Assembly (NCBI GenBank): GCA_963666285.1
Contig: OY762711.1
Length of the DNA stretch: 64,000 bases
Direction: 5' to 3' (one strand)
Source: Sedimentisphaerales bacterium
GTDB taxonomy: Bacteria > Planctomycetota > Phycisphaerae > Sedimentisphaerales > SM23-30
Positions 22,044 through 31,653 of the stretch are shown piece after piece. The notes beneath the pieces were generated by a model that saw only the letters and a list, made by a program, of their open reading frames with translations, ran no database searches and was not told the origin of the DNA. The position numbers and the translations under genes are program-made. Every line of letters starts with the position of its first letter. The stretch's first letter is position 1.

Positions 22044-22096
22044 AGGCGCCCTCCTGAAATTGCTTTTGATGCGAAAGTTTAAGATTTTGGTTGCCT
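22044..22096 (+). mobile_element. internally deleted derivative of the 10144 MITE
   Basis: Left ~50 bp match 10144-10194, then join the right end GGTTGCCT-TA. Confidence 0.7.
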
Positions 22097-22123
22097 TAAT
22101 TCTACATTTTCTAAGGAAATTTT

Positions 22124-23215
22124 ATGAGAGCTGCAAAACTTATTATATTTTTCACCTTCCTCGGTAATTCTCTTTATGCAGACACTGTCATACAAAATGA
22201 TATGCCCGCTATTCAAATGATAAATTACGCCCAGATGCAGGAAAACATTTCGAGTGATACCAGATGTGAATATATGACAGCCGATGGTCAATGGCTTGCA
22301 ATTAAGGCATCAATAAAAGATAAAAAAGCTGAGTTTTGCCCGGTAATTGCAAAATCATTTCGACTTTTACTTCCCGGCAGCAAACCGAATACTGCAACAG
22401 ATACGCTTATAGTCGGTTTTGACAAAGGTCGTTATAAAGATACGATCCCGTTAATTAACGCTCACTCACATAACGACTATGAACACAAGAAACCATTAAT
22501 AGAAGCTCTTAATAATGGGTTTTGCAGTATTGAGGCTGATATTTACCTGAAAGACAATGTATTAGTTGTTTCGCATGATGAAGACAAAATAAAAATGGAC
22601 AGAACCCTTGAAAATCTATATCTCAAGCCGCTGTATAACATGTATTTGGAAAAGAAAAACAATTCCGGTAAATTGTCTCATCAGGACGATTATGAGCTGC
22701 TATTGTATATAGATATAAAAGAAGGTATAGAAGTTTACCATGAGCTTCTGGTAGTTCTAAAAAGATACCGCGAGATGCTTACAAAAACAGAAAACGGCAG
22801 AGAAATAACCGGTTTCGTTCGAATCATTATAACAGGAAACAGACCTGTCGATGAAATATTATCCGATAACAACCGGTACATGTATCTTGACGGTAGAACC
22901 AATGAGATAGAAAAATACCAGGAATACCCCCAAGGAGCTGTTCCGGTAATAGGAATTAGTGCATCTAATTTTAAAAGAAAATCTTTAGACACTTCTTCAG
23001 AAAACAGTTTTGCTCAAAAATATGATATTGATAAAATTAGAGAACTTGTCGCAATATGCAGAAAAAATGGATATAAACTTCGACTTTGGACAGTCCCAAA
23101 TGATTCTTCAAGCTGGTCGGTATTAATAAATCTTGGCGTTGATCTTATAAACACTGACAATCTGACCGGCCTTAAAAACTATCTTCTGGATAACTCGTTC
23201 ACTATTAAGCAATAA
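22124..23215 (+). CDS. PLC-like/GDPD-like phosphodiesterase (AIM6-like), secreted
   Basis: NAHSHNDY, SIEADI, VSHD, LYIDIK and GVDLINTD motifs. Confidence 0.8.
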   Translation: MRAAKLIIFFTFLGNSLYADTVIQNDMPAIQMINYAQMQENISSDTRCEYMTADGQWLAIKASIKDKKAEFCPVIAKSFRLLLPGSKPNTATDTLIVGFDKGRYKDTIPLINAHSHNDYEHKKPLIEALNNGFCSIEADIYLKDNVLVVSHDEDKIKMDRTLENLYLKPLYNMYLEKKNNSGKLSHQDDYELLLYIDIKEGIEVYHELLVVLKRYREMLTKTENGREITGFVRIIITGNRPVDEILSDNNRYMYLDGRTNEIEKYQEYPQGAVPVIGISASNFKRKSLDTSSENSFAQKYDIDKIRELVAICRKNGYKLRLWTVPNDSSSWSVLINLGVDLINTDNLTGLKNYLLDNSFTIKQ

Positions 23216-23265
23216 TATCCTAAAAACCTTATGACTGCCAATAGACTATATTGATTATTGAGCAA

Positions 23266-23799
23266 TCAGATTATATTCTTTTTAGACCATTCTCTTATCT
23301 TACGGATCTCCTTTTGGGATAAATTCAGCGATTCCAGAAAATCCTGATGAGCTTCCGGTGCCGCTGCTTCAAATTCACGGTGCCATTGCCGCATTCCCTG
23401 CTCATCCAGCCCGGCTGCCGCCAGGAAACTCACCCACATCTCCCTGGTTACCACCCTGGCATCCTTCAACAGCTTCTTATTACCCAGTAGCCCGACGATT
23501 ATCTGCTGCTGACAACGCAGATCATTTATCTCATCGTTTATCGCTGACAGTCGCTGCTGCAGTAATTCCGCTCGATGCGACTTGCCCTGCTTGAGAATCT
23601 CGGCAATCTCATTCAGTGAAAGACCCGTTCTGCGAAGCTCACATATCTGCTCAAGCTTACAATAATGTTCATCGGTATAAACTCGATAATCGCCGCTCGC
23701 TCGCTTTCCCGGACTTAACAGACCTATCGAATCATAATACAGCAGCGTACTGCGAGACAATCCAAACTCTTTCGCCAGTTTTGAAACACTGTATTCCAT
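23266..23799 (-). CDS. MerR family transcriptional regulator with WH..FE..P..H..FL C-terminal domain
   Basis: SRSTLLYYDSIGLL...YRVY HTH; ATG at 23799 with GAGG RBS. Confidence 0.92.
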   Translation of the reverse strand: MEYSVSKLAKEFGLSRSTLLYYDSIGLLSPGKRASGDYRVYTDEHYCKLEQICELRRTGLSLNEIAEILKQGKSHRAELLQQRLSAINDEINDLRCQQQIIVGLLGNKKLLKDARVVTREMWVSFLAAAGLDEQGMRQWHREFEAAAPEAHQDFLESLNLSQKEIRKIREWSKKNII

Positions 23800-23810
23800 G
23801 TTCAAACCTC

Positions 23811-23840
23811 AAAAAGCCCCCCGGCATAACACCGGGGAGC
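23811..23840 (-). terminator. intercistronic terminator/attenuator between the small gene and merR
   Basis: GCTCCCCGG-TTATG-CCGGGGGGC-TTTTT. Confidence 0.75.
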
Positions 23841-23851
23841 ATAAACTGCCT

Positions 23852-24037
23852 TTATTTATATTGGCTTCTAACCTGATTTACCCATTCGACATCACCCGGC
23901 TTTAGCCATTCCAGAAAACTCTGATGACCGTCCGGGTTGGTATGTTCAAATATCTTATGCCATTTGTGCATATCTGCCTGGCTCAAACCAACCTGCCCGA
24001 ACATATCCTTCCATTGTTCTACTGATACTTTACTCAT
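23852..24037 (-). CDS. 61-aa stand-alone homologue of the MerR C-terminal domain
   Basis: GAAAGGA RBS; 17/42 identities to the MerR C-terminus by manual alignment. Confidence 0.85.
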   Translation of the reverse strand: MSKVSVEQWKDMFGQVGLSQADMHKWHKIFEHTNPDGHQSFLEWLKPGDVEWVNQVRSQYK

Positions 24038-24118
24038 TTGATTTCCTTTCAATCTTAGGATAACATTTTTCGTTAAAACTCCAATAGCATTCTGGCCAAA
24101 AACTGCTAACTGAAATCT

Positions 24119-24149
24119 AATTTACACTATAAAGCTATAGACAGGTCAA
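24119..24149 (-). promoter_or_regulatory. MerR-type promoter (19-bp spacer with dyad operator)
   Basis: TTGACC-N19-TAAATT; the spacer contains CTATA-N4-TATAG. Confidence 0.8.
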
Positions 24150-24265
24150 ACACAATATTATTTTTTTTCAATCTTCTACCTTTCCTGCTCACTGGAATAC
24201 TATCCATTAACAGGCTATAATCTTATAAAGAAATACATACAAAATCATCAGAAAGGAAACACAAA

Positions 24266-24460
24266 ATGAAAGCTTATGTAAATGCTGAAACCTGCATAGG
24301 TTGTGAAGTTTGCGTTACTACCTGCCCCGGCGTATTCCAGATGAACGACGATAATATAGCAGAGGTCATTGTCAATATCGTGCCGGAAGCTGACCAGGAT
24401 AACTGCCGAGAGGCTTCTGACTCATGCCCGGTAGAAGCCATTACAATCGAAGATGATTAG
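24266..24460 (+). CDS. single-cluster ferredoxin
   Basis: CIGCEVCVTTCP and CPVEAI motifs; GAAAGGA RBS. Confidence 0.93.
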   Translation: MKAYVNAETCIGCEVCVTTCPGVFQMNDDNIAEVIVNIVPEADQDNCREASDSCPVEAITIEDD

Positions 24461-24489
24461 ATCGCCCAAATTACGTAATAGCCATCAGG

Positions 24490-25800
24490 TCATAATAATG
24501 ATTTCTGCTTTATCTCGAGATATTTCTTCAAAAGCTGAGGTGTTAGCTGCTTCGGTTCAACATCCAGAACTGAAACTCCGCTTCGGCTCATACTTAGCAA
24601 TGCCTCACTTCGCTGATTCATTATATCAATTGCTACCGCCTTCTGATACAGGTTTTCAGAATCAAATAACGGCTCACTGGAAACTGCATCTACATCTGTA
24701 TCTACCATAGTTATAGCCAACGGTAAATGGCGGCGGCGAAACCTGGCCATATATCCGATTATGTCGGCATTGGCACTGCTGTCAATTATATCTGTCATCA
24801 GGCATACCAGGCTCCGTTTACGGCTTTTTAACGCCAGGTATTGACAGGCAGAATTATAATCACTTTCGACCATTTTGGGCTTCATATCATAAAGCTGGTC
24901 TACCACAAGGTTCAGGTTGCTTAACTTCCTGACCGGCGGCAGATACCTGTCGATTTTATCACTAAAAACAAGAAGGCTAAACCAGTCACCGCGAGACAAG
25001 GTAACACCTGCCAACATGATTGCTGCCTCGATAAAATAATCCAATCTGCTCTGGCCGTCAAACTCAGAAACACTGCTTCGACCGGCATCAATTGCAACCA
25101 GAACATTCTGCTGACGTTCTGGCTCAAAATTGCGCACTATCATCTGCTGACGCCGGGCTGTTGCTTTCCAGTCGACTTTATTAGTACTATCGCCGGGAAC
25201 GTAATAACGCAAACTTTCAAAGTCTGTCCCCTGTCCGTATTTCCTCATTGAGGTCAAACCCGGATCATTTGTATATCCATGCCTTAACAGGTAATTAAAA
25301 TGATCAAACTTTGTCAAATTGGGATATACAACTACATCCGATTCCAGATATATCTCATACTGACGAGCCAGTATCCCCAGGGCAGGCAGCACCCGCATAT
25401 ACAAAGTACTGTAACGATAATGACCTCTTTTTACCGGACAAACATTATATCTAACAACAGCATCTTCTCCCCGTAGCAGTTTAACCTTGATTGGCTTGTT
25501 ATCGTAAACAAAATCATCAGGCACTCCATCGACTAGCCACAGTTCTACCGTCCTTCGGCTATTATTGGAAATATGAAGTTCAACCTGCTCTTCTTTTCCC
25601 TGGGAAAATCTGGATGGCACTACCCTGTTTATACCAACTTTGGAACGTCCGGGTACCATAAAAAAATCTATCAGAACATAAAACAGCAGCAGAAGATAAT
25701 ACAGCAACCCAAGGCTGGCTATTCCGTCTACGAACTGACCGGCCAGTAGCGCAGGGCTTCCTAGCAGAATCAGGATTATAAGTTTTAAGGATGGTACCAT
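24490..25800 (-). CDS. DUF58 domain protein
   Basis: FESLRYYVPGD...DWKATAR; VWA-like C-terminal half. Confidence 0.9.
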   Translation of the reverse strand: MVPSLKLIILILLGSPALLAGQFVDGIASLGLLYYLLLLFYVLIDFFMVPGRSKVGINRVVPSRFSQGKEEQVELHISNNSRRTVELWLVDGVPDDFVYDNKPIKVKLLRGEDAVVRYNVCPVKRGHYRYSTLYMRVLPALGILARQYEIYLESDVVVYPNLTKFDHFNYLLRHGYTNDPGLTSMRKYGQGTDFESLRYYVPGDSTNKVDWKATARRQQMIVRNFEPERQQNVLVAIDAGRSSVSEFDGQSRLDYFIEAAIMLAGVTLSRGDWFSLLVFSDKIDRYLPPVRKLSNLNLVVDQLYDMKPKMVESDYNSACQYLALKSRKRSLVCLMTDIIDSSANADIIGYMARFRRRHLPLAITMVDTDVDAVSSEPLFDSENLYQKAVAIDIMNQRSEALLSMSRSGVSVLDVEPKQLTPQLLKKYLEIKQKSLL

Positions 25801-25832
25801 TTATTTGCTCGCCAACTTTTATAGTATATCCC

Positions 25833-26789
25833 CTATCTGGGCACCTCTATTCTACCCAGCAATACATTTAGACAGTCATCTGCTGACCGACCCTCAATCT
25901 CGTATTCCGGCTTGAGAATAACTCTATGTCTTAGTACCGGTAAGGCCATTTCTTTTACACTGTCAGGGGTAACAAACTCATATCCTGAAACAACAGAGTG
26001 AGCTTTCGCCGCCAGCAGCAGCATACCCCCCGAACGCGGACCCGCACCTAGTGCTATCTGGGGCATAACCCTTGTTTCCCGTACTATCTTTACAATATAA
26101 TCCAATACTTTCTGATCTGTTGGCAGCTTTCGCACGTAATCTCGTATTTCTGCCAGAGTAGCAAGGTCAACTACCTTCTCAATATTTGCGGTTGACAAAT
26201 CACGACTGTCAAAACCGGCTTCGATATTGGCAAGTATACGGTTCTCATGTTCAAGCTCAGGATAATCAATATTAATCTTAAGCATAAACCTGTCCAGTTG
26301 AGCCTCCGGCAACGGATATGTCCCCTCAAATTCTACCGGGTTCTGTGTCGCAACCACCATAAACACTTTTGACAGCGGATAAGTTACTCCGTCAACTGAA
26401 ACACTCTGCTCTTCCATAGCTTCCAGGAGTGCCGATTGTGTCTTGGCCGGTGCCCGGTTAACCTCATCTGCCAGGAATATATCGCTGAATACCGGGCCAT
26501 GGCGAAACTCAAAGCAACTCCCGGTATTATTATAAATATTCACACCAACAATATCGGAAGGCATCAGGTCGGGCGTAAACTGTACTCGCATAAACTTACT
26601 ATCTGTCAGAACTGAAAGTAGTCTGGCTAATAATGTCTTGGCTGTCCCCGGAACGCCCTCTAGCAGCACATGCCCTCCGGCAAACATTGCAGAGGTTAGA
26701 TGCTCCAACGCTCTTTCCTGACCGACAACTACCCTTCCGGCCTGTTCTATTATCTGCGAAACATAAGTATTAACTTTTCCTGTATCCAT
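25833..26789 (-). CDS. MoxR family AAA+ ATPase
   Basis: GVPGTAKT, QFTPDLMPSD, DEVNRA and EGTYPLPEAQLDRF motifs. Confidence 0.96.
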   Translation of the reverse strand: MDTGKVNTYVSQIIEQAGRVVVGQERALEHLTSAMFAGGHVLLEGVPGTAKTLLARLLSVLTDSKFMRVQFTPDLMPSDIVGVNIYNNTGSCFEFRHGPVFSDIFLADEVNRAPAKTQSALLEAMEEQSVSVDGVTYPLSKVFMVVATQNPVEFEGTYPLPEAQLDRFMLKINIDYPELEHENRILANIEAGFDSRDLSTANIEKVVDLATLAEIRDYVRKLPTDQKVLDYIVKIVRETRVMPQIALGAGPRSGGMLLLAAKAHSVVSGYEFVTPDSVKEMALPVLRHRVILKPEYEIEGRSADDCLNVLLGRIEVPR

Positions 26790-27942
26790 CGGATAACTCC
26801 AATTCTATTTTGCCTAATTCTTTTATTAGATTTTTAACTTCTCGTTTTGATATTTCACTTTCTAAAGCCGCACCTGCCCTGTCTAGAATATCCCGGTAGT
26901 ATCCTTCCTGCCCTTCAGTTCTCTTGGCGATTTCTGCTGAAAGACTTATATTATCACAAGTTGCAGGAAGGCCAACAGATTCAGAAAACTTTCCTCGCAG
27001 CCATTTATAATTCAACTCAAACATAAGCGGATACGCCCCGGCATTAGTCCAGCATGAACCTGCCGAATGAACATATTCCAACTTGGCACGACGTCTCTGA
27101 CCCGGCAGCTGCCTAACCGGGCCAAATCGCTTGCCCTGCTGCCATATATAACACATTCCGGCAACTGCCAGCGAAACTACAAACCACCCCCAGGGTGTAT
27201 TTGCCAGCATATTACCTAACAGGGTATATGATGTCTCTATATCCTTATATTCTCGATAATGACTCTCATCAAAAAGTACCTCTCCTGCACGTATACCGCC
27301 TAAGGCATAATGCACCAGATTAATCGCAAGTACACTGTTGTCATCGAGGCTAAGGTTCGTATTCGTTAAAATATCTGGCGATACAAGCCTGATTATTTTG
27401 CCAAGACCTAACTCCTTCTCTATTATCCTGGCCTTGCTATTTTCGTAGTACAACACCTTATATTCTTCAGTATCATCCATATCAAAGGAATACCTGAATT
27501 CCCAACTAGTCTTTGTCACATCCCGGGCCAGGATATTTTCCTCTTCTTTAACTTTACCCGAAGCACCTCCATATAACGCTGCTATACTATCATCCGGGAG
27601 TATTCCGCTATCGCAGATCAATACCCCGCCATCACGCACCCATCTCTCAAGCGAAGCTATATGATCATCAGCTATCACTACCTTTGGAGATATCATCAAC
27701 AATACCTTACAGCTTTCCTGCAGCTGTTCGAATCTGTCCAGCCTGTCGATATTGTATTCAAGCTCTTCACATAACAGGTAGAATGCCTTTGTCCCTTTGA
27801 AACCGGTGTACTTACTGCTGTGTAGATCTTTGTGCAGTTCAGACTCACCTGAACCCAGTGAAAACATTATAACAGTCGACAAAACAATCAGGCCTGTGAT
27901 TATCAATAGATCTTTTTTATTGTCTTTGATTGCTTTCAGCAT
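26770..27942 (-). CDS. DUF4350 domain membrane protein
   Basis: GTKAFY, WVRDGG, FDESHY, RFGP; position in the cluster. Confidence 0.82.
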   Translation of the reverse strand: MLKAIKDNKKDLLIITGLIVLSTVIMFSLGSGESELHKDLHSSKYTGFKGTKAFYLLCEELEYNIDRLDRFEQLQESCKVLLMISPKVVIADDHIASLERWVRDGGVLICDSGILPDDSIAALYGGASGKVKEEENILARDVTKTSWEFRYSFDMDDTEEYKVLYYENSKARIIEKELGLGKIIRLVSPDILTNTNLSLDDNSVLAINLVHYALGGIRAGEVLFDESHYREYKDIETSYTLLGNMLANTPWGWFVVSLAVAGMCYIWQQGKRFGPVRQLPGQRRRAKLEYVHSAGSCWTNAGAYPLMFELNYKWLRGKFSESVGLPATCDNISLSAEIAKRTEGQEGYYRDILDRAGAALESEISKREVKNLIKELGKIELELSDGYRKS

Positions 27943-28724
27943 TAGTTCGCCTGCTCACACTCCCGCTCTATCTGCTCGTAAGCACTATACATATTTCGGA
28001 AGTATAGCTCATCGCATCCCTTAAATCCGTATGCCACCGATTCAAATCCGATAATATACTGTCGAAATTTATTAAATATAATGCTGCCGCGCCCGCATTC
28101 CCGCAAGTAATCTCCGTTTGTCTTGGATGGATGCACTATGATATACTCAAATGACTCAAGACGCTTTAATAGCGATGCTGTCAAAAATGACAACGCCCGG
28201 GCATAATCCTTCGCCGCTAGGCTTTTTTCCATCTCTAACAGAAGGTCTTTCACACTCATACGATAGGTATTCTCTGCAAAATCGCCATCAACTCCAAAAG
28301 CTTTCCTATTCGCAGAACCTGTGTGAATTGTAATATACAACGCCCATATAAAATGTGCTAATATTGCCAGCATAGTTATAACACACCAGATTATTAGAAC
28401 CCATACCAGGAAATTTGCCAGCCCGGAATGCTCACCAGGTTCTCTATCTCCAAATAATTTATCCAGAAAATCAATGACTTTTCGCCAGAAACTGTTTTCC
28501 TGCCCCAAGATGTCCCTGAACTCTGGCCGGCTCATAACTTTTTGGGTCGAGTCTTTTATTGCTGAGCTTTCCGGACATTCTACAGATTCACGAATTGAAG
28601 ATGCCCCCAATGCATAATCTCCTGGCTCAGAACCTTTCCCATCTTCAGCATATATATCAATGGCCAACAGCAATAACAATATTACCATTGGCCATAATAT
28701 GATTTTTTCTGTTATTGTTTTCAA
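27942..28724 (-). CDS. DUF4129 domain membrane protein
   Basis: SKTNGDYLRE...FESVAYG motif. Confidence 0.82.
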   Translation of the reverse strand: MKTITEKIILWPMVILLLLLAIDIYAEDGKGSEPGDYALGASSIRESVECPESSAIKDSTQKVMSRPEFRDILGQENSFWRKVIDFLDKLFGDREPGEHSGLANFLVWVLIIWCVITMLAILAHFIWALYITIHTGSANRKAFGVDGDFAENTYRMSVKDLLLEMEKSLAAKDYARALSFLTASLLKRLESFEYIIVHPSKTNGDYLRECGRGSIIFNKFRQYIIGFESVAYGFKGCDELYFRNMYSAYEQIERECEQAN

Positions 28725-29608
28725 TCCAACCTGCCGGGATCATATGTAAAATCTCTAACTTCCTGGTCTATACCAGCTGTATCCTGACCTGCCATACCTT
28801 GTGCCAGCATTTCCAGGTCAAAACCTTCCTTACGAATCCGCAGATCATAATATAATAATACAATTGCTCCGGCTGTTATCGGTGCAGTTATTATTGATGC
28901 TATTGTTTGCATCGCCTGCTGTACTATTAAAAATGTGGTACTGGCTGATTCTACCGATTCCGGGTCAGTTATAGCTGCTAATCCTCCGCCCATTATTGCT
29001 CCAACTATCCCCGTGAGTGCTCCATTAATTATTGCAGCTATCAATCCGGCTAAAAATATTGTTCCGAATATTTTGCCTAGATTACCCTTCGTCAGTTCTT
29101 TGCTGCGGCTAAGTGAACTCATCGCCCCTGAACCTTCAAGAACTATCACCACTGATATCATACTGTACCATAAACCAAAAATAACACCTGGCACAATAAA
29201 CAAAAAGTACCCTAGAATTATTATCAGCGTAGAAACAAAGCCCGCACCAATCATCTTGCCTAGTTTTGGTAGAACAACACCAAATACTTCACCTGTTTCC
29301 AAGCTCTTTCCCAAATATAATTCTGAAAAACCCTGGGCCAGAATTCCCGAACACAATACAGTTCCCAACATAGATAGTAAACCCGGCCCCAAAGCCATTA
29401 CGATCGCAATGATCGCCTCTGCACCTGACATATTCTGATTTGGCGATGAAATCACCGTTACATTCAGAAATGCTGAAATAATACCAATAGGAACAAAAAT
29501 AATTGATATCATCGCTGCAAATTTAAGAAAATTCTTACTGTAAAAGAAAAATACCCTGTCAATAATGCGAGTCGCACTCATTGGCACAAATTGCTGACCT
29601 TCCATCAT
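28721..29608 (-). CDS. integral membrane protein (GDPD membrane-domain-like)
   Basis: About 6 TM segments; SLSRSKELTKG and YYDLRIRKEGFDL motifs. Confidence 0.82.
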   Translation of the reverse strand: MMEGQQFVPMSATRIIDRVFFFYSKNFLKFAAMISIIFVPIGIISAFLNVTVISSPNQNMSGAEAIIAIVMALGPGLLSMLGTVLCSGILAQGFSELYLGKSLETGEVFGVVLPKLGKMIGAGFVSTLIIILGYFLFIVPGVIFGLWYSMISVVIVLEGSGAMSSLSRSKELTKGNLGKIFGTIFLAGLIAAIINGALTGIVGAIMGGGLAAITDPESVESASTTFLIVQQAMQTIASIITAPITAGAIVLLYYDLRIRKEGFDLEMLAQGMAGQDTAGIDQEVRDFTYDPGRLD

Positions 29609-29805
29609 AAGTCCTTTCACCTGATAAATAATAACCATTAAAATATTTAGTAGTAACTTAAAATATTATATTTGCTATAACTCCATTGTCAATCAGTAAT
29701 TCTAACGTTTTTCGTCTTGTCCGAGTATTTATTTGATTCCATAGCGGCTGCATACTATAATGTCATTTGTTCTGGACATTTATGATTGTTAATAGGATTA
29801 ATCAT

Positions 29806-30570
29806 ATGATCGAATATGACGTACATGACAAAATTGAAACCCCGGAAAATGTAGAGCTCACCCGCACTATCGCCGGGCTGGGGTCAAGAATTTCTGCGGG
29901 ATTATTTGACTATTTGCTAATCGTTTTGATCTTCCTTGTCATTTTTTTCATTCTCGCGCTAAGTTCAAACGTCTTTTCATATCGCGGCGGCAGTATGTCA
30001 GATTTCGTTTTGGCCGCTTTCTTCATAGGCATGTTTCTATTCTACTGGGGCTATTTCGCTTTTTTTGAATGGATTACCAACGGCCAGACTCCCGGCAAAA
30101 AAAGTGTCCACCTCAGGGTAGTTTGCGAAAACGGCAGCCCGATCACGTTCAAACATATCGCCGTTAGAAATATTATTCGATTTGTCGATATGCTGCCGGG
30201 CATGTATTTCCTCGCTATTGTTTTCATCTTCTGTTCCAAACGTAAACAAAGAATTGGTGATATGGCAGCAGGAACAATAGTGGTAAGCGAAGAAAAACTG
30301 CAATACGGAGCAACTGACAAAGTTAATAAGAAAAATGACAATTGGCAGATGGAAATTACTGCTGAAGTTCTGGAAAAATCCGGCCTGAGCCCCGAAGAAC
30401 TTAACATTATACAGAACTTTTACGTTCGAAGATCGGAGCTTAGCCACGATGCTATTGTCAAAATACTGCCTGGCATACTTAAGCCGATAATGTCACGTCA
30501 AGGCACCTGGCGGGATGATATGTCTATCAGTGAAATGCTTGACTATATTGAATGCACGTTGCAGATTTAG
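29806..30570 (+). CDS. RDD family protein
   Basis: TPENVEL, AGLGSR, GQTPGK and QRIGDMAAGT motifs. Confidence 0.92.
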   Translation: MIEYDVHDKIETPENVELTRTIAGLGSRISAGLFDYLLIVLIFLVIFFILALSSNVFSYRGGSMSDFVLAAFFIGMFLFYWGYFAFFEWITNGQTPGKKSVHLRVVCENGSPITFKHIAVRNIIRFVDMLPGMYFLAIVFIFCSKRKQRIGDMAAGTIVVSEEKLQYGATDKVNKKNDNWQMEITAEVLEKSGLSPEELNIIQNFYVRRSELSHDAIVKILPGILKPIMSRQGTWRDDMSISEMLDYIECTLQI

Positions 30571-30588
30571 AAGTAAAAAGGAAAAAAC

Positions 30589-31569
30589 ATGACACCGGCT
30601 GCCTTTCTGGAAAACCGAAAACCCATCTGGGACAGGGTCGAGCACCTGCTTGACTGTGCCGGTAAATCCGGATGCAGAAAACTCACCCACCAACAGCTGC
30701 ATGAATTAACCAGGCTGTACCCTACAATTGCGGTCGATGTATCAAAAGTCAGAATGTATAAGTTGGATAATATCACTCTGTCAAGGGTTAACGACCTGGC
30801 TATACGGGCACACGGTTTACTCTACCAAAGAAAAAAAGAAAAAAGCGATACCGGTGTTATTAAATTCATTCTGAAAGACTATCCGGCTATCTTCCGAAAA
30901 AATATCTCTTATCTGCTTTTCGCCATTTTGCTCTTTTGCATACCTATGGTCTCGACATATTCGATTGTCAGGCTCAACCCCGATACGGCATACACCTTTA
31001 TGCCATACGGCCTGGATATTGAAAATTCGGATACTGTCACCGCCGAAGATGTCAGCGAGCGATACCGACAAATGTCCGGAACGGTAATGTCCGCTTCAAT
31101 TACAACAAATAATATACAAGTCGCCCTGATTGCTTTCTCACTGGGCATAGTTTTCGCACTGGGAACCTGCTATATATTGCTTTCCAACTCAATTATGCTG
31201 GGCTGCTTCATAGGCCATTTTACAAACCATGGGCTCAGCACCGAACTATGGTATTTCCTCGCACCACACGGCCTGCTGGAAATATTTGCGATTATAGTTG
31301 CCGGTGCCGCCGGGCTAAAACTTGGACTTTCAATACTAATACCCAAAAACCTTACCAGGGTTGACTCACTGAAAAAAGGTGCCTCTGAGTCTGTTGTGTA
31401 TGTGCTGGGGACAATTCCAATGTTCATCGTTGCAGGATTCATTGAAAGCTACATCACACCCGCCTATTTTGATGGAAGGTTAAAAGTACTCATTGGCTTC
31501 GCCGCACTTGGCATATCCCTGGCATACCTGCTCCTAGTCGGCAGAAATAAGCCGCAAATGGAAAATTAA
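30589..31569 (+). CDS. SpoIIM/DUF95 family membrane protein
   Basis: ITTNNIQV, PHGLLE and AGFIESYITP motifs. Confidence 0.92.
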   Translation: MTPAAFLENRKPIWDRVEHLLDCAGKSGCRKLTHQQLHELTRLYPTIAVDVSKVRMYKLDNITLSRVNDLAIRAHGLLYQRKKEKSDTGVIKFILKDYPAIFRKNISYLLFAILLFCIPMVSTYSIVRLNPDTAYTFMPYGLDIENSDTVTAEDVSERYRQMSGTVMSASITTNNIQVALIAFSLGIVFALGTCYILLSNSIMLGCFIGHFTNHGLSTELWYFLAPHGLLEIFAIIVAGAAGLKLGLSILIPKNLTRVDSLKKGASESVVYVLGTIPMFIVAGFIESYITPAYFDGRLKVLIGFAALGISLAYLLLVGRNKPQMEN

Positions 31570-31653
31570 AAAAGCCCGATAGTTTTTTCTACCGAGCTTA
31601 GTTTACTTCATTAGGAACAATTATTTTTTTACTGCTTCTTATCTTTTGCTCTA

